Of a stretch of 64,000 bases of DNA, positions 1-12,940 are shown piece by piece; position 1 is the stretch's first letter; the number at the start of each line of letters is the position of its first letter. Under the pieces are notes generated by a model. It made no database searches. It was not told the DNA's origin and saw nothing but the letters and a program-made list of their open reading frames with translations. The stretch lies in NCBI GenBank assembly GCA_002633005.1, contig NMRA01000067.1, positions 914,440 to 978,439 of the forward strand, given 5' to 3'. Origin of the DNA: Phoronis australis (taxonomy: Eukaryota; Animalia; Phoronida). Both the position numbers and the translations under genes were made by a program.

Positions 1-109
1 CTGAATGAAACACGCTCTGGTTCAGGTCTACTGCTTGTGCAAATTTCTTTAGACACATTACATTGCCTGTCTCTGGCCAAAAGACGGTCTCTGCTTTGGC
101 AAATGAACT

Positions 110-672
110 CTGGTGACACGCACGCGCTCGCTTACTCGCAGACGAACTTCAAAACAAACGTCACGTGACTACAACATGTGTGTTCGTCCAGACATTTTTC
201 TCGCCGTGTTGCCGATCATACATGTAGATGGCACGATGTTGCACAGATTTGTACTTCAACCTGCCGTTAATCCAGACTCCACGGGAACTTAAAAAAATCT
301 TAGAGACGCTACTTAATGAGGATTTCAGGTATTTGCTTGAGTCGAAACCATTTTTATTCAAGCATAGAAGTCGCCATATCGAAGACGGCGATTTCGAGGC
401 AGTCAGTTGGCGAGTTTTCGCCCTGGGATTTCAGCACAATTTTCTGTAAAATGATCATAATTTAGCAGCAAAGTTTGATAGCAATGCACCACAGTTTTGT
501 TGAAGGTCTTTCATAGATTACATATACGTCACTGAGCGTAAATTTGTTGAATCTTAGCTTCCGATTTCACCCGTTTCGGAGACCGGGTTTCAACCGCCTT
601 GGGTTATAATAAGCGCCCCCCCTGAACCGAGCTTTTCTAAGCGCCCTGGGCGGTTATTACGGCGAATACGGT
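110..672 (-). mobile_element. Non-autonomous Tc1/mariner-pogo-like element end (family A); homologous to 34920-35450, 40352-40870 and 56170-56720
   Basis: Terminus ...GGGCGGTTATTACGGCGAATACGG (reverse complement CCGTATTCGCC...). About 550 bp of clear similarity to three other copies in the window. Confidence 0.7.
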
Positions 673-3600
673 TGTCTCCTGGCTGGGAATAAAAGCATAG
701 ATTTTGAGGTGCAACAAACCCTTGCCTTCAGTAAAAACCAGCAACATTTGATTGAGGCCACTTATCAACTGTTACAATTGGTCTCAATCTTAAACCCAGA
801 TTACAAATGCTCTCTAGACACAGTAAGAAGTGGCCGTTGGCCAATCACTGGCTTACTAAGTTGAGCAAGCTTCTCAAACCTGAGACTTATTAGGGTTTAG
901 CTTCAGAACCAGTTATGTCATCATGTGAGTTCCAGGCATTTCAGCACAAAAAAAATTCAATTCAAACCAAAGAACACAGTGAACTAAACTTGAGCAAAAT
1001 ATGTCTGCAAAAACGGTGTTTTCAGATTCCAGACCAGGGTTTACTGTATCGTTACAGTAAAATCTCACCTATTTACAGCAGAAATAATTGCCAAGATTAC
1101 ATTTTTTTCATTTGCCAAGATCTTCTAATGATTGCTGTGAATGCCTGCAATTTGTCAAAATATCTTTTTACGGTAGCTATGGTACAGAACTTGGTAAAGC
1201 ATTAATTTGATGCTACATTATGTTTTATGAAAAAATGAGAAAATAAAATTTCAGCCGTCTGCCATATTGCGTCATAACTTGTGGAGACTTTACCTTAACT
1301 TATCTCTCCATTTACTCAGGCATTCAAAACCAAAAATAAACAACACTGAAAGCAAAGGGAAATTCAGTTAAAAAACAAAATGATGCTGTATGGCTCATTA
1401 AAACAGCACAACATTTACTCAATTTCTGACAGCTAACTTGGTTTCTGCACCTCAAGCACTCAAGTCTGAGTTTTCAAAAGTTTAACACAATCAAACTTAC
1501 AGGAACTTTTTGCGTAGCGATCTTGTTCTAGCAGTTGACAACCACATCAATGAATAAGATAGTTTTTGTCTAGAGTTCTGGGTTATCTCGTTGACTAGCA
1601 CTGACATATGTCTACATGAATTAGTACAAGCAAAGTAGTCCCCAGTTTGTGTACAATCAGCTCATTAAGCAGATAATAGAACCCATCAATTGACATTACA
1701 TTCTACATACAAGCTGTTGGTAAGTACTATCTGCACTCAAGACAACTCACCAAGTGTTAAACCAACCAGTCACAAGTGTTGTGTAAACAGGCAATAGTGC
1801 CATCAGTGGTCTGCATAGAGAAACGGAATACTTCATCATACTTTTGACCACTTAGTACTTGGAAAAGGTCAGAAAAGCAATCATAATTCTTCAGACTGAA
1901 TGGGCGTTGAACAGCAAATGAATTTGAAAAATATATAAAGCAGGGAGGTCCCTTGAGTGCAACTGAATTACGTAAAATGAGTGACTTCAAGAAGGTTTTT
2001 TAACTAAAAAACACAATCCACTGAGTGCAAAGCATGCACTGACCTTTATAAATGACAGAACAAAGATAGCATATACATACGAAATTATCCAATTTGGGAC
2101 TGTGAAAAATTAATTATTTTGCTCAAGGAGGAAGCACATGCCAAATTCTATAAATAAACAATATTGGTCGTCCCAAATTCAAGAATCACAAAAAGACACT
2201 CTTTTGATTAAAAAAAACTTAATGTTTGAAATTTGAGAAGTATTGTGAATGCAAGTCTTCTTTGTTCCAAATTCCAGAATCAAGAAAATTAAATTTCGTG
2301 GGAGTTTCAGTGTCCCAAATTCTAGAGACTGTGCCAAACTGGAGAATTTTTACCATAACAAGATGAAGACTGGGATACCTACCTAACATGGGAGAAATAA
2401 GGAAAAGCACCATTCATTTAAGATATTGAAAACCATGTTTTGGTGTGAAAAATGATTTACTTCACTGAAGTGAATTTGCTCATCCAAAGCAATGTCACCA
2501 TCTTCTTACCTCTTGCTTGAACTGAAGTTGGTAATGTAGCAATAAAATGCGTGGAATTCTAATGATTGGAATCCCAGGCACAGTTACTAGAAACTTGGCC
2601 CCTTGATGGCACCACTTTGCACTTCCTCAATAGATTTGTATAGGAGTCGCTGTTGTCTAGAGGCCTGTTTATCAGAACACTCATCTAAGGTTTATTTGAG
2701 TGAAACAGCAACATTACCAGCCAATTTAACCGAGTTAAAACACTAAAAAAATATACTGAATTTCGTGGACTAAAACTGGTGATTTTGCACTGCTTCATTC
2801 TAAATTTGACTTCCTTGTGAAAAGTTAGTTTAGGATCACTTTTACCAGAATTAATAATACAATAAAACTGAGCCAAAACCAATGAATTATGTTTTGGAAG
2901 ATGCAGGTAAATTACCCGGCCATTTGGTTTTACTCATCCTTTGAACCATGGTAGATATTGGCCTCCAAGTGCTGATGCCGGAGAAAAGACCACAGCAACA
3001 CTTAACTTGCAATGGACTATATTCAAATATCAAGATTTCCTCAATTTAGAATGTTGTCGTCTGTCGAATTGTAGCCAAATGGGACGTTTTGTAATGGTTT
3101 CCCAGAATTGACGAGCAAACTTTGTGAGCAAGGTCTGGAGCAATAACAACTTGCCAGTTCTTTTCAAGAGAAGAAATCACTTCAATCCTCAGAGTCTGAA
3201 GGAACAAAATAAGATCAATTCTATAATGGAAAGGGGACACAAACAAAAGTTATTTTTCGACAAAAGGCACAATTCATTGCCACTTTAACTATATTTGGCA
3301 TCAACAAGGAACAACAGTCCATTGGTCTACTGTAAATTCATTCAAGGTGTGTGCTTATTGAATGCTACTAAACAGTATGAGTTGTATTTTTCTATACTCT
3401 TCCCATGTACCTACATAATGGAGTCTTAGACTCTTTTAGTCAAATGCCATGAGATTATGCCACTTTTGATCCGATATTCTGCTAAGAAAGCAGCAGCTTT
3501 CCTCAGACTCCACTCAAGTATGTTCCCATGAGAGACAAAATCACTAGATAACAATGCTTAAAGAGAAAACTTTAGTGCTTTAGCCAGACAGTCAAGCTGA

Positions 3601-4969
3601 CAGAGAATGGGTCATTTTTGCCAGCAGGTAATTTATTCCCTTACCAGCAGAATCTCAATTTTAAGTGAAAATTGATGCCAAAACAGTGCTCATTCTCTGT
3701 CAATTGATTAACACCATGACAAACAAAGGTATCTTACCGCTGCACACTTGTCTTTTTGAGTAAGTGTCATACCGAAAACGAAAGCATTTTGGCCCGAGTT
3801 TTGAATGGGATACAGAACATCATCATTCATCCTAATTCCAAAGTTTTATTCATTATGGATACAACCAGAGTTTTAGTTTCTCTGCTTCATGTGCAGGATT
3901 TCAATTGCATGTCCGAATGTCCTCAATAATTCTACAGTATCCCTTGTTTGACTTTTTATGCAAAAACAACAAGGATATCATAGAAAAAGTGCTGCTGGTC
4001 AGTACATAATTACAAAAATGCTGATGAAAAAGGAGCACAATCGCAATGGAAGAATCTATTCACCTCAGTTTGTTTACCATTGACAGAATACTTAAAAATA
4101 ATCTTGAAGATTAAGGACAAAACACAAAACCATGAGTTTCAAATTTCATTGCACCCTAAAACACCGTGCCTGAAATGTAATTATATTGGTCTTTAATGGC
4201 ACCCTTTTAAAATTTTTATTGTTTAATTATTCGATTTGTACAGTGACCTAATTGGGTGGCTAAAAATGGGTAGATTAGTTTTCAGTTTCCAAAATTATTA
4301 CAAAACTTGATGCATCCCACACCTGGTCACTACCATTTCACCCCTAACTCAGTCCTGATTACCACTAATTTGCATTGGAGGATCTAAAGATGCTGCGAGA
4401 ATACAATTTCTGAAGCAATTGTGCGCACCCAGCCTAAAGAATGGGGGGGCTCGAATTTTTGAGAACGTGGACCTTTTACAAAGGTTCACAGGGTACGTTC
4501 ATAACCACGTTGATTTTGAGATTGCATCATTGCAAGCCAATGTAGGCTACTAAAGAAACCAACTGAGCCCATGTGTTTTTGACCAACATAAATTAATTAT
4601 TGTAAAATTGCCGGTGCCTACGCAGGCGTACTATATGCCTAATAACGTGAGCACAATAAACCCAAGAGGGCATCTTTATAAGCATCTGGCCATCATAAAT
4701 GAGTAAGTTGTTTCATACTTTTATTTACTTAAATAACACCACAAAAACATAACTTCTGACATCAACTTATTGAGAAGTTACATGTACAGTGCACCTACAT
4801 GAAGTAACATGGCTACTGAAACGAACATGGCTAGCTTAATTGTGAGTGTAGCATAACCCTCAACATATAACTATGTTTGGAAACAAAGGTCTCATTTTCA
4901 TTGAACATTAATGTTACAACTAAATGTGATAGCTAAACTGCACATTGAATATGCAGCCCACTTTTTCTA

Positions 4970-7250
4970 CGTCATTTCCTGGTTGAAATTCAAAACAACA
5001 CTTTCAAGTAGAAGTCTTCGTGGATACATTGTGGCAAATCTGGAAACCACTTCTGAGATGTCTATCAGTATGTTGTAACGAATATGTATCAATGCAAGTG
5101 CAGAGAGATGATCTTCATTCATACAAGTGCGTGTGAATGTGTACTGAGACGTCTTAAAGCACTTGCACTGCAATCACATTCATAACTAGTGACAGGTAGT
5201 GTGCATGCAATACGCAATAGCATATGGATGTTGGGATACACCACGTCATTGCATGATTCAAGAACCGTCCTCAGTGTTGAAGGAAGCTGATCTTCAGACA
5301 TGTCCGAAAATTTGATGCACCATCACAGTAACTCGTCATCAACCGTGTCTGGAGAAGGAAGATCTGCAGCGTATTGTGACTAAGGCCCCGATATCTGTAG
5401 GCTCAAGGGTGGTCATAAGAGACGGAACAAGGCTAATCAAACTGGCCACTTTTCTGAGTAGTTCACTGAATGGCATCTCGAGGTCAGGTTTCTAATGTGT
5501 GCAATAAGTGACATCGGCGAGTTGATACTTTAATATTGCTCAGGAAGAAGATCCAACTCTGAGCCACTAATACCCCAGTTGCGCTGGACGCCACAAATGC
5601 ATGGCTTTGACAGTGATATGTCAACTTCCTCAGCCATACTGCAGGCAAATGCATAGACACTGCTGAACGACGAATCCATTTCCAGAGCTATGTGATCGTA
5701 CACAAGACAGGTATTGCTTATCATGTTATAGGCATTTACAATGTCTACTTCGCGACCTTTCAACTTGGTGCTTATCCTGTCTAAGTGGCTCAGAAACTTG
5801 TACACTACTGCAAAAATTACCAAAAAATCAACAGAAGTTATACCATGTAAAATACCGGCTGCTCTACTCTTGTCTTCGCCTGACTAACAAGGATGGAAAT
5901 CGGTACTGTAGCATCCAACGTGTAGATCGAAGGCTACAAGCTCTAGAGCGTGGTATATGACAATGTACGAAGCGGCAAGTTGTTGATATGCAGTATGCCA
6001 CTCAGACCAACCAGTTTTACACAAGTCGATGTGTTTTTTTCCTCCCGCTGTCAGGGATGTCTGCCTGGGCAACATTAACGAGCATTTGTTCCTTTTTTGG
6101 GCTATTCAGGACGAATAAGCACGTTTACTTTAACTTATCAGTCATTTTGCAGATGCTGGTAATGAAACATGACTGTGCTATTACCAGATTCAAACAATGT
6201 GATGAACAGTGGATATAAAATGCTAAGGGGGCTTTCTTTCTTATGAGAGCCTGTGTGCCTTTCTGAGCTCCAGACATATTGGAAGCCCCATCATGCCTTA
6301 TCATGTTGTTTATGTTCACCTTCAAGTCATCAAGTAATACTCTCTGTATTTCACTAGCGATGTGATCATCTGTAATCCGCTGAAGCGCAATGAACGTTAA
6401 AAACTCTTCGCGGATTTGACATCTCATGTCCACGAATCTGACATTACAAGCGGCATGAACGTTTTACTGTGTGCTGTAACTTCGTCTGCAATGAATGCGT
6501 AAAACTTTGCTTGCTGTGTATCTTTTACAATAGCATGACTTATCATGTCTGAGCCAATGATATCTATCAGTTGATGTTGTATTCTCCACGACACGTAAGT
6601 GGCATTTTTTCTTTTGAGACTAGTAAGATGCTCCCGGAGTGTTTCAACGTGGTTCGAAATCGTCCATAAATGAGCCAAGAAGTTGCCCGGGTTTCCACTT
6701 TCCCTGTGGCCGCATAATCCTATGCCCTGTGTGGCGCAAAACAAAACACTCTCAGCGCATCAGCCCAGTATGTGCCTATTTCTGTTCAACAGCTGTTGGT
6801 ACTCTTTGTCTAGTTTAACATCTACGTTTGTGGATGGTTTTTCGACTAATTGGATGTATGACCTATTTAATTCTACACACACTTTCTGTGAAATTGAGCA
6901 GATTCATGGCACTTTGCTTCGCTGTGAATTTTAAAAAAGCGCACAAAGGGTGTATTCACAAAAACTCCAAGACCTTGCCGATCTTCCTTGCAGGCAAAAA
7001 GACTACAATATTTACAAAACCCTCCATCTAAATGTGTGCTATAAACCAGCCATTTACAAGCCATAAGGCACCGGGCTTGAAAAGACCTATTGCAACCGTC
7101 GCGGAAGGTATAAGGAAAAATGTAATCTTCCGTTGGAACAAAATGTTTCGTCAAGATTCCATACTTTTAATCACCATCTGTTAGTTTTGAAACTGCATAG
7201 TTGATCTCTGTAACTGATTTTGTCGCGTCAACCAGTCTTCCAATATCCAT
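4970..7250 (-). pseudogene. hAT transposase pseudogene (52 kDa P58IPK-repressor / ZMYM1-like type)
   Basis: Collinear frameshifted fragments: TTF-type Zn finger (WLVYSTHLDGGFCKYC), DUF4371-like (GHRES..NPGNFL, YAFIADEV), DGASNMSG, YIHCSSHCLNL, and hAT dimerisation domain (YPNIHMLLRIACTLPVTSYEC..S.SALRRL, RTCMNEDHLSALALIHI). Many stops. Confidence 0.9.
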
Positions 7251-8986
7251 CATTATAACAGTGCTGTCATCTAAATAGAAACACAATAAGTTATATTTAA
7301 GAAGCATGTAAGCCTGCTAATAGGAATACATAAAAGAAAAGCAACATACCCATTAGTTGTAACATCGCTTGTAAGATTAAATATATTGCCCCCTTGTTAC
7401 AACTGTGGTATTTAACACTGAAATAATTCCAAGTCATGTTAACTTACCATTTAACCCCATGATTAGATAGTTTGGCGATTCTTTTAGATTTTCATAGACA
7501 AATGCCAAAGCTTAATAACCTAAGTCGCCGATTTTTCACCATGAGGAGAAAATTTTAAAAGATTGATTATAGATGTGCAAAATTCTAATCAATACACATT
7601 TCCTCTAAAATCACAGGCACATACACCTACTGTAGGCAATGTGCTAATGTTGGCTTACTCGGTCACTGTCACTTTGAACAAGTCGATTTGGGCCTATCGG
7701 TGAAACGCGGAGCTATGCTTACCAGTTTTAATACTTGCATCTTGTTCGTTTTCGGATGTTGTCGACTGTTTACTTGTAGTGGGTACATTTTCTCCACTCA
7801 CTGCACCACTGGGTGAATCGCTGACATCACAAGACTTCTGACACTGGTCAATGGGTTCTGTGAATTTATATATACAAAATTAAATGGTGAATATGATATA
7901 CCAAAAATTGTTGTGCATCATCATTGATTCTCTCAGCAATAAAACTAGGAAGTAAGTGAGCACAGAGGGTTCTTCCATAGGTGGGAAGTACTTGGTACAC
8001 ATTTGCCGCGAACTCGGGCTGCCACGAGCATGTTGCAACACAGGTGCGCTTACATGACTCAGCACTGAACCCTATGTGCTAACTTGGAAATAAGTGTCTT
8101 GGCCTGAATGTACATGTAAGACAGATGTGTAGGCCCACATGATATAGGCACGTACATTTAAATTATGAATATTTTTAATTTCTATGAAAAGTAACTCGAT
8201 TCACCGTTTAAGTTGGATTGCTGACAAGAATCGCTAAACTCACCAAACATCTCATTCCCAAACCCACCGAACACGCCGGAAACTTCTTTGTCACAAGGAG
8301 TTTCCTCTGTTAAGTTACGTATCACTGTGTTATTCCAAAAGGAACTTCAACGGGCCCAGCATGACGACAGGAGCGCTGATAACGAAAAGGAGAGAAATGC
8401 CTGGGCCTCCACTTTTAACATCAAAAGTTCCGTAAGAGCAACATTCGCACCCCTCGCAAAATTGCCTGGGTATAGTATAGAGAATACATTACTCCGCAAC
8501 TTGAACCTCGGGCCCAAGATTAAGGCTGAGGAAAGGACACTTTATCTTAAATCAGTTATTGCATGCATAACAAAATTACCATCAGTTTCCCTTTTCTTCG
8601 GAAAAATCCATTAGTCTATGTTGCGGCAGCACTCTCTGCATCTTTTTCTCAGCTTCTCTTCGTGTTCCTTCCTTCCCATGGCAGCGCAAGATGTTTACTG
8701 GAGGTCTAGTGTATTACACTGATTTGATTATAAAAGCGCGCACCAAAGCGTGTGCAACCACCCAGCTAGTCCTCACTCACAAAGTTGTAAATGCCACCCA
8801 CACATTGGCCATCCAAGCACTTGCCACAAGACCTGTGCCGCGTTAAAGATGATCATGAACTTATGTCCATTTTACAGATTTTACCTGATTTTACTTGTCT
8901 CAAAACATGACTCTCCACACCCAAATATCAAATTTAAAATATTGGGTTATTTGTGATCTTATGATATGCAAATAATAAATGTTTTG

Positions 8987-9059
8987 CATGGGCGGCACAG
9001 CACTGAAATATTAGTGGGGGGGCTACAGCTCTCTAGTCCCCTATGGTGCGTTACTCATG
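8987..9059. mobile_element. 73-bp mini-MITE, CATG termini, 5-bp TSD TTTTG, nested in the hAT element
   Basis: TTTTG at 8982-8986 and 9060-9064. Homologous (reverse complement) to 20451-20521. Confidence 0.75.
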
Positions 9060-10064
9060 TTTTGTTGCTGTGTTCACCAAACACTTCTTCCACAACATTG
9101 CTGATCATGTGCACGCGTGGCATCATACAACATAAGCGACACTTGGTGAAAAGGTAATAACACTGCCTGCAAAACTTCAATCGATGTTCGTGGAACCTTT
9201 TTGTAACGGACTGCAAAGCAATGTTCAGGAATCTGAATATGGTAATGTAATAGACGTTTTGGGAAGAAATGAAACGAATTAGAAATCGCTACTGAAAATA
9301 TTCAATACAGGAAACTGAAGTCCACGAACTGCTTTAACATCCAGTGTCTCCTAAGGCGGACCCTTAAGGCGCATTCCAGCACACCGTGGCTCGAGCTGTG
9401 AATTGTGCATTTGTCAAATTTTGGTAGTTCCTTTCTATAGTGGGCTTTTGTCTCATTTTCTAATTTTTTGGGAGCTTTTGTCTTTTTTTCGTTTCTGTGA
9501 GGCAGACCTTTTTGCCCACTTCGCCAAATGGGGGGGGGGCTCAAATGGGGTGCGCGCATGTGAAGCATGACTTCACTCCCTATGCTTAAAAACAGAATTA
9601 TGACAGCTTCACATTTTTCTTTCCCCGCCCCTGGTCCCAGCACTTCCACTTCCCCATCCATGACATCCACCCAATATTCTACATTTCAGCCAAGCTACAA
9701 TTCATTCCTATTCATAAAGAAATAACACTACATTAAACAATTGAAGAGAGGATTCCAGACAGTTATGGCATTACTATGAATAACAATGACCATCAGATGT
9801 GATATTGAATGCCAGCTAATGACTGATTTAAAGGTGACTATTAAGCTATGGTGGTGAACCCATTAGCCTAATTATATCATGACACATGGTAAATGAGCAT
9901 ATACCCTTCACTCAGCTTGCTCCAGCCAATGGTAGAATAAAGGGCAAGATCTGACTAAATGTAGGCCATAATTAGGCCCCTCAACCCAGGCAAACTACAT
10001 AAGTTTGTTAAGACACGACCAAACAAGGAGTTTACTATAATTTGGCAGTAATCTTTCTCATATA

Positions 10065-11199
10065 CATATTTCATTGAAGACATGACTTTGATCTGTTTTC
10101 ACGAGTTTAATTTCAGTTCTTTCAAACTCTCTAAATGGAGATCATCACAACAATGCAATAAAAATCCAATGGACGTCAGTAAGTAACATAATTTACAAAG
10201 CGATATTTTGAGACACATATCCCATCTTCAAGCTACAATTCACAACTAGTTCACAGTGAAATGCACATCAGAAATGTCAAATGCAATATATCACGTGAAG
10301 TTGGCATGCGCAACTATAACAATAAAAACATATAAATATACACGCGTTGCTGTGCATCATACTGCACATATCACCTAAATAATGATAGAGTCCTTCAAGT
10401 TCCAGTTTAAGCTGCTCATTCAAACTGGGTTTTTCAAACATTATTAGACTGTAAGAGTTGTTAATCCTAAAGACAAGCTAGATGTAATTATTTATTACAA
10501 GAATATGAAGACCTCTAATTTAGTGATGAGAAATAATATTAGTCATGAGAAGGTCCGCACTGTTGCTAGATGTAATGTTATTTATGAGTTTACTTAATGT
10601 CCCGCGGTCGAATGTTTTCGTCCTCATCAGTAACAAAATTACATAGGGCACTGGGTCTGTTCCTTGTCTCGACAACTTTCAATGCATTTACAAAGTGGCT
10701 GAGTAAAAGACCATTTTCAAAACGTTCATGGTCGCAAGATAACTCGTCAGGAGATTGTTGACAATACAATCATTCGCTACATTGAAAATGATGTACACAG
10801 GTTACGAACATTAGAGTAATAATGTTTGAAAAACCCAGTTTGAATGAGCCGCTTAAACTGGAACTCGAAGGACTCTATCATTATTTAGGTGATATGTGCA
10901 GTATGATGCACAGAAACGCATGTATATTTATGTTTTTATTGTCATAGTTGCGCATGCCAACTTCACGTCTTATATTGCATTTGTCATTTCTGATGTGAGT
11001 TTTACTGTGAACTAGTTGTAAATAGTAGCCTGAAGATGAGATATGTGTCTCAAAATATGGCTTTGTAAATTATGTTACCTACTGATGTGGACTGGATTTT
11101 TATTTGTGATGTAAAGACAAGATCTCCATTTAGAGAGTTTGAAAGAACTGAAATTAAACTCATAAAAACAGATCAAAGTCGTGCCTTCAATGAAAAACG
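10065..11199. mobile_element. Foldback-type MITE with ~380-bp inverted arms, TA TSD (Tc1/mariner-like)
   Basis: 10065-10445 is the reverse complement of 10818-11199 at high identity. TA flanks at 10063-10064 and 11200-11201. Confidence 0.85.
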
Positions 11200-11939
11200 T
11201 AAACTAGGAGTTAGGTGATGTTTCGATGAGTTTGCCAACCGGTCCACACTAACAAACTAATTCACACAATGAACAGAGGTTAAGGACATCTCAAACTTCA
11301 TTCACAAAAATTGGCCATTCTTGCAATTATAATTCACAAATGTCTAGCAAAATACCATATCTTCATTCTCGGGGAACTTCAAATACGAAATATATACTGT
11401 GTAAGTGAGACAAAAAGATTTAACAGAACCACCTTGGAACTGCACAACCGTAGGGAACTTTGTTTATTACTTATCCGAGGTCAAAGGTTACAGCGCTGTC
11501 ACTCAAATCAAATATCCCGCCAGGCACAGAGCAGCTCCGTATGTACCTTCAGCCCTTTCATTCACAGAGTTACCATAATATTGCATCAATGACATGTACA
11601 TATGACAGAAAGATGCCGGAAAAAATGGAAACAGAACGTAGCTTTGAGAGAGTTGTGTGTCTGCATGCATACGACTGTTGAGAACAAATGCTACGAGGTG
11701 CCTCACACCTGTGTGACTTTGTCAGCAAATTGTGAAAAGAGATAAATGCTTACTCAAATTCCAATGACATTCAAATATAACATTACAAAAATTAATGTTA
11801 ACGATAGTGTTGAGGTACTTAATTTTATATGGCACACATACACATTGTCAGTCACCCAGTGCAGGCCCTATTCATATTAATTTTAAGTACGTGATATATA
11901 CATGTATCAGTGATTGGAACTTAATCGGCAAAAATAGAC

Positions 11940-12940
11940 TCCCACGGTTTCCACGGTTTCCAGAATTCCTGTAGTTCATCTGAAGTTTTTTGCTTAAGAA
12001 TATACTTAGCGGTAGAATTAATTTTCAAATAATTAATTAAAAATTTAAAGTAAAGGCATTCTTTTTAAAATTTGAAACGTATATGTAATATTTTGCATGC
12101 AATAGAAACCAATGTGAGTACTTTGTTTTCTTTTCTGAACGGAGTTCCAAAAAGTATTGTCTTTTTTCAAATAGAGTTTGGAGACGACCTTTGCTGATAA
12201 GAGACTCAAAATGATGCACCAAAAAGAGTGCCTGATGCAATCTACAAATAAGTGTTCAATTGTCTCACATTCGTTCTTATAGAAAGTACAAGAATTAGAA
12301 ACAACATAATTAATTTTAAATAACCAAGCATTTGTAGGAGGGATCCTATGCAGCACTTTGTATTGAAACTAGTATATTTTTGTATCGTTTACACTTAAAA
12401 GAGGGATTTTATAAAACTTACTCCACATACAAGATTATCAAAAATGTATCCTACATCTTCAAACTTCTTTTGAGCACTAGACTGCAGAGAATTCTTATTT
12501 AATACATTATAAATAAGTTTACATCCATGTTGATCAACAAGTAGAGTGGACAATGAAAAGGGAATATTGATCCGACAACTTTTTCAATTGGTAGTTGGGA
12601 CAATTTTTTTTAAGAAAGGCCTTTACTGAACTGACCAAAGGTATTGCAAAAAATTAACTTTTATTTTTGTTGTTCAAATTAAAGTGATTATATGAAAGGA
12701 ATACACCGTTACTATCCAAAATGTCCGTCAAACAAAATATATTTTTTATCAAAAAGGATTCCACGTAAAAAGGTTGCTTGCCTACTAGAACTTTACTGTA
12801 GTGTAAAATATTTACAGAAACAATACTGCATTCATGCTTGTCCACATCATAATACTGTTTTCTACTTAAAGATGCCCAATGTTGTAAGACTAAATAAAAT
12901 GAATAAAAAGAAGTTATTCAGACAGCCTATTGAGAGGACT
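11940..12940 (-). pseudogene. 3' fragment of an L1/Tx1-like LINE ORF2 (zf-RVT region), degenerate
   Basis: LHRIPPTNAWLFKI...SNSCTFYKNECETIEHLFVDC resembles the C-terminal Cys/His zinc-binding region of L1/Tx1 ORF2. Multiple stops and frameshifts. Confidence 0.75.

Larger units (their letters stand above)
4416..9560 (-). mobile_element. Decayed hAT-superfamily DNA transposon (~5.1 kb) with 5-bp TSD
   Basis: Left end CAATTGTGCGCACCC versus right-end reverse complement CATGCGCGCACCC. TGAAG flanks both sides (4411-4415, 9561-9565). Both ends carry a G-run + GCTC subterminal motif. Encloses a transposase pseudogene. Confidence 0.7.
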
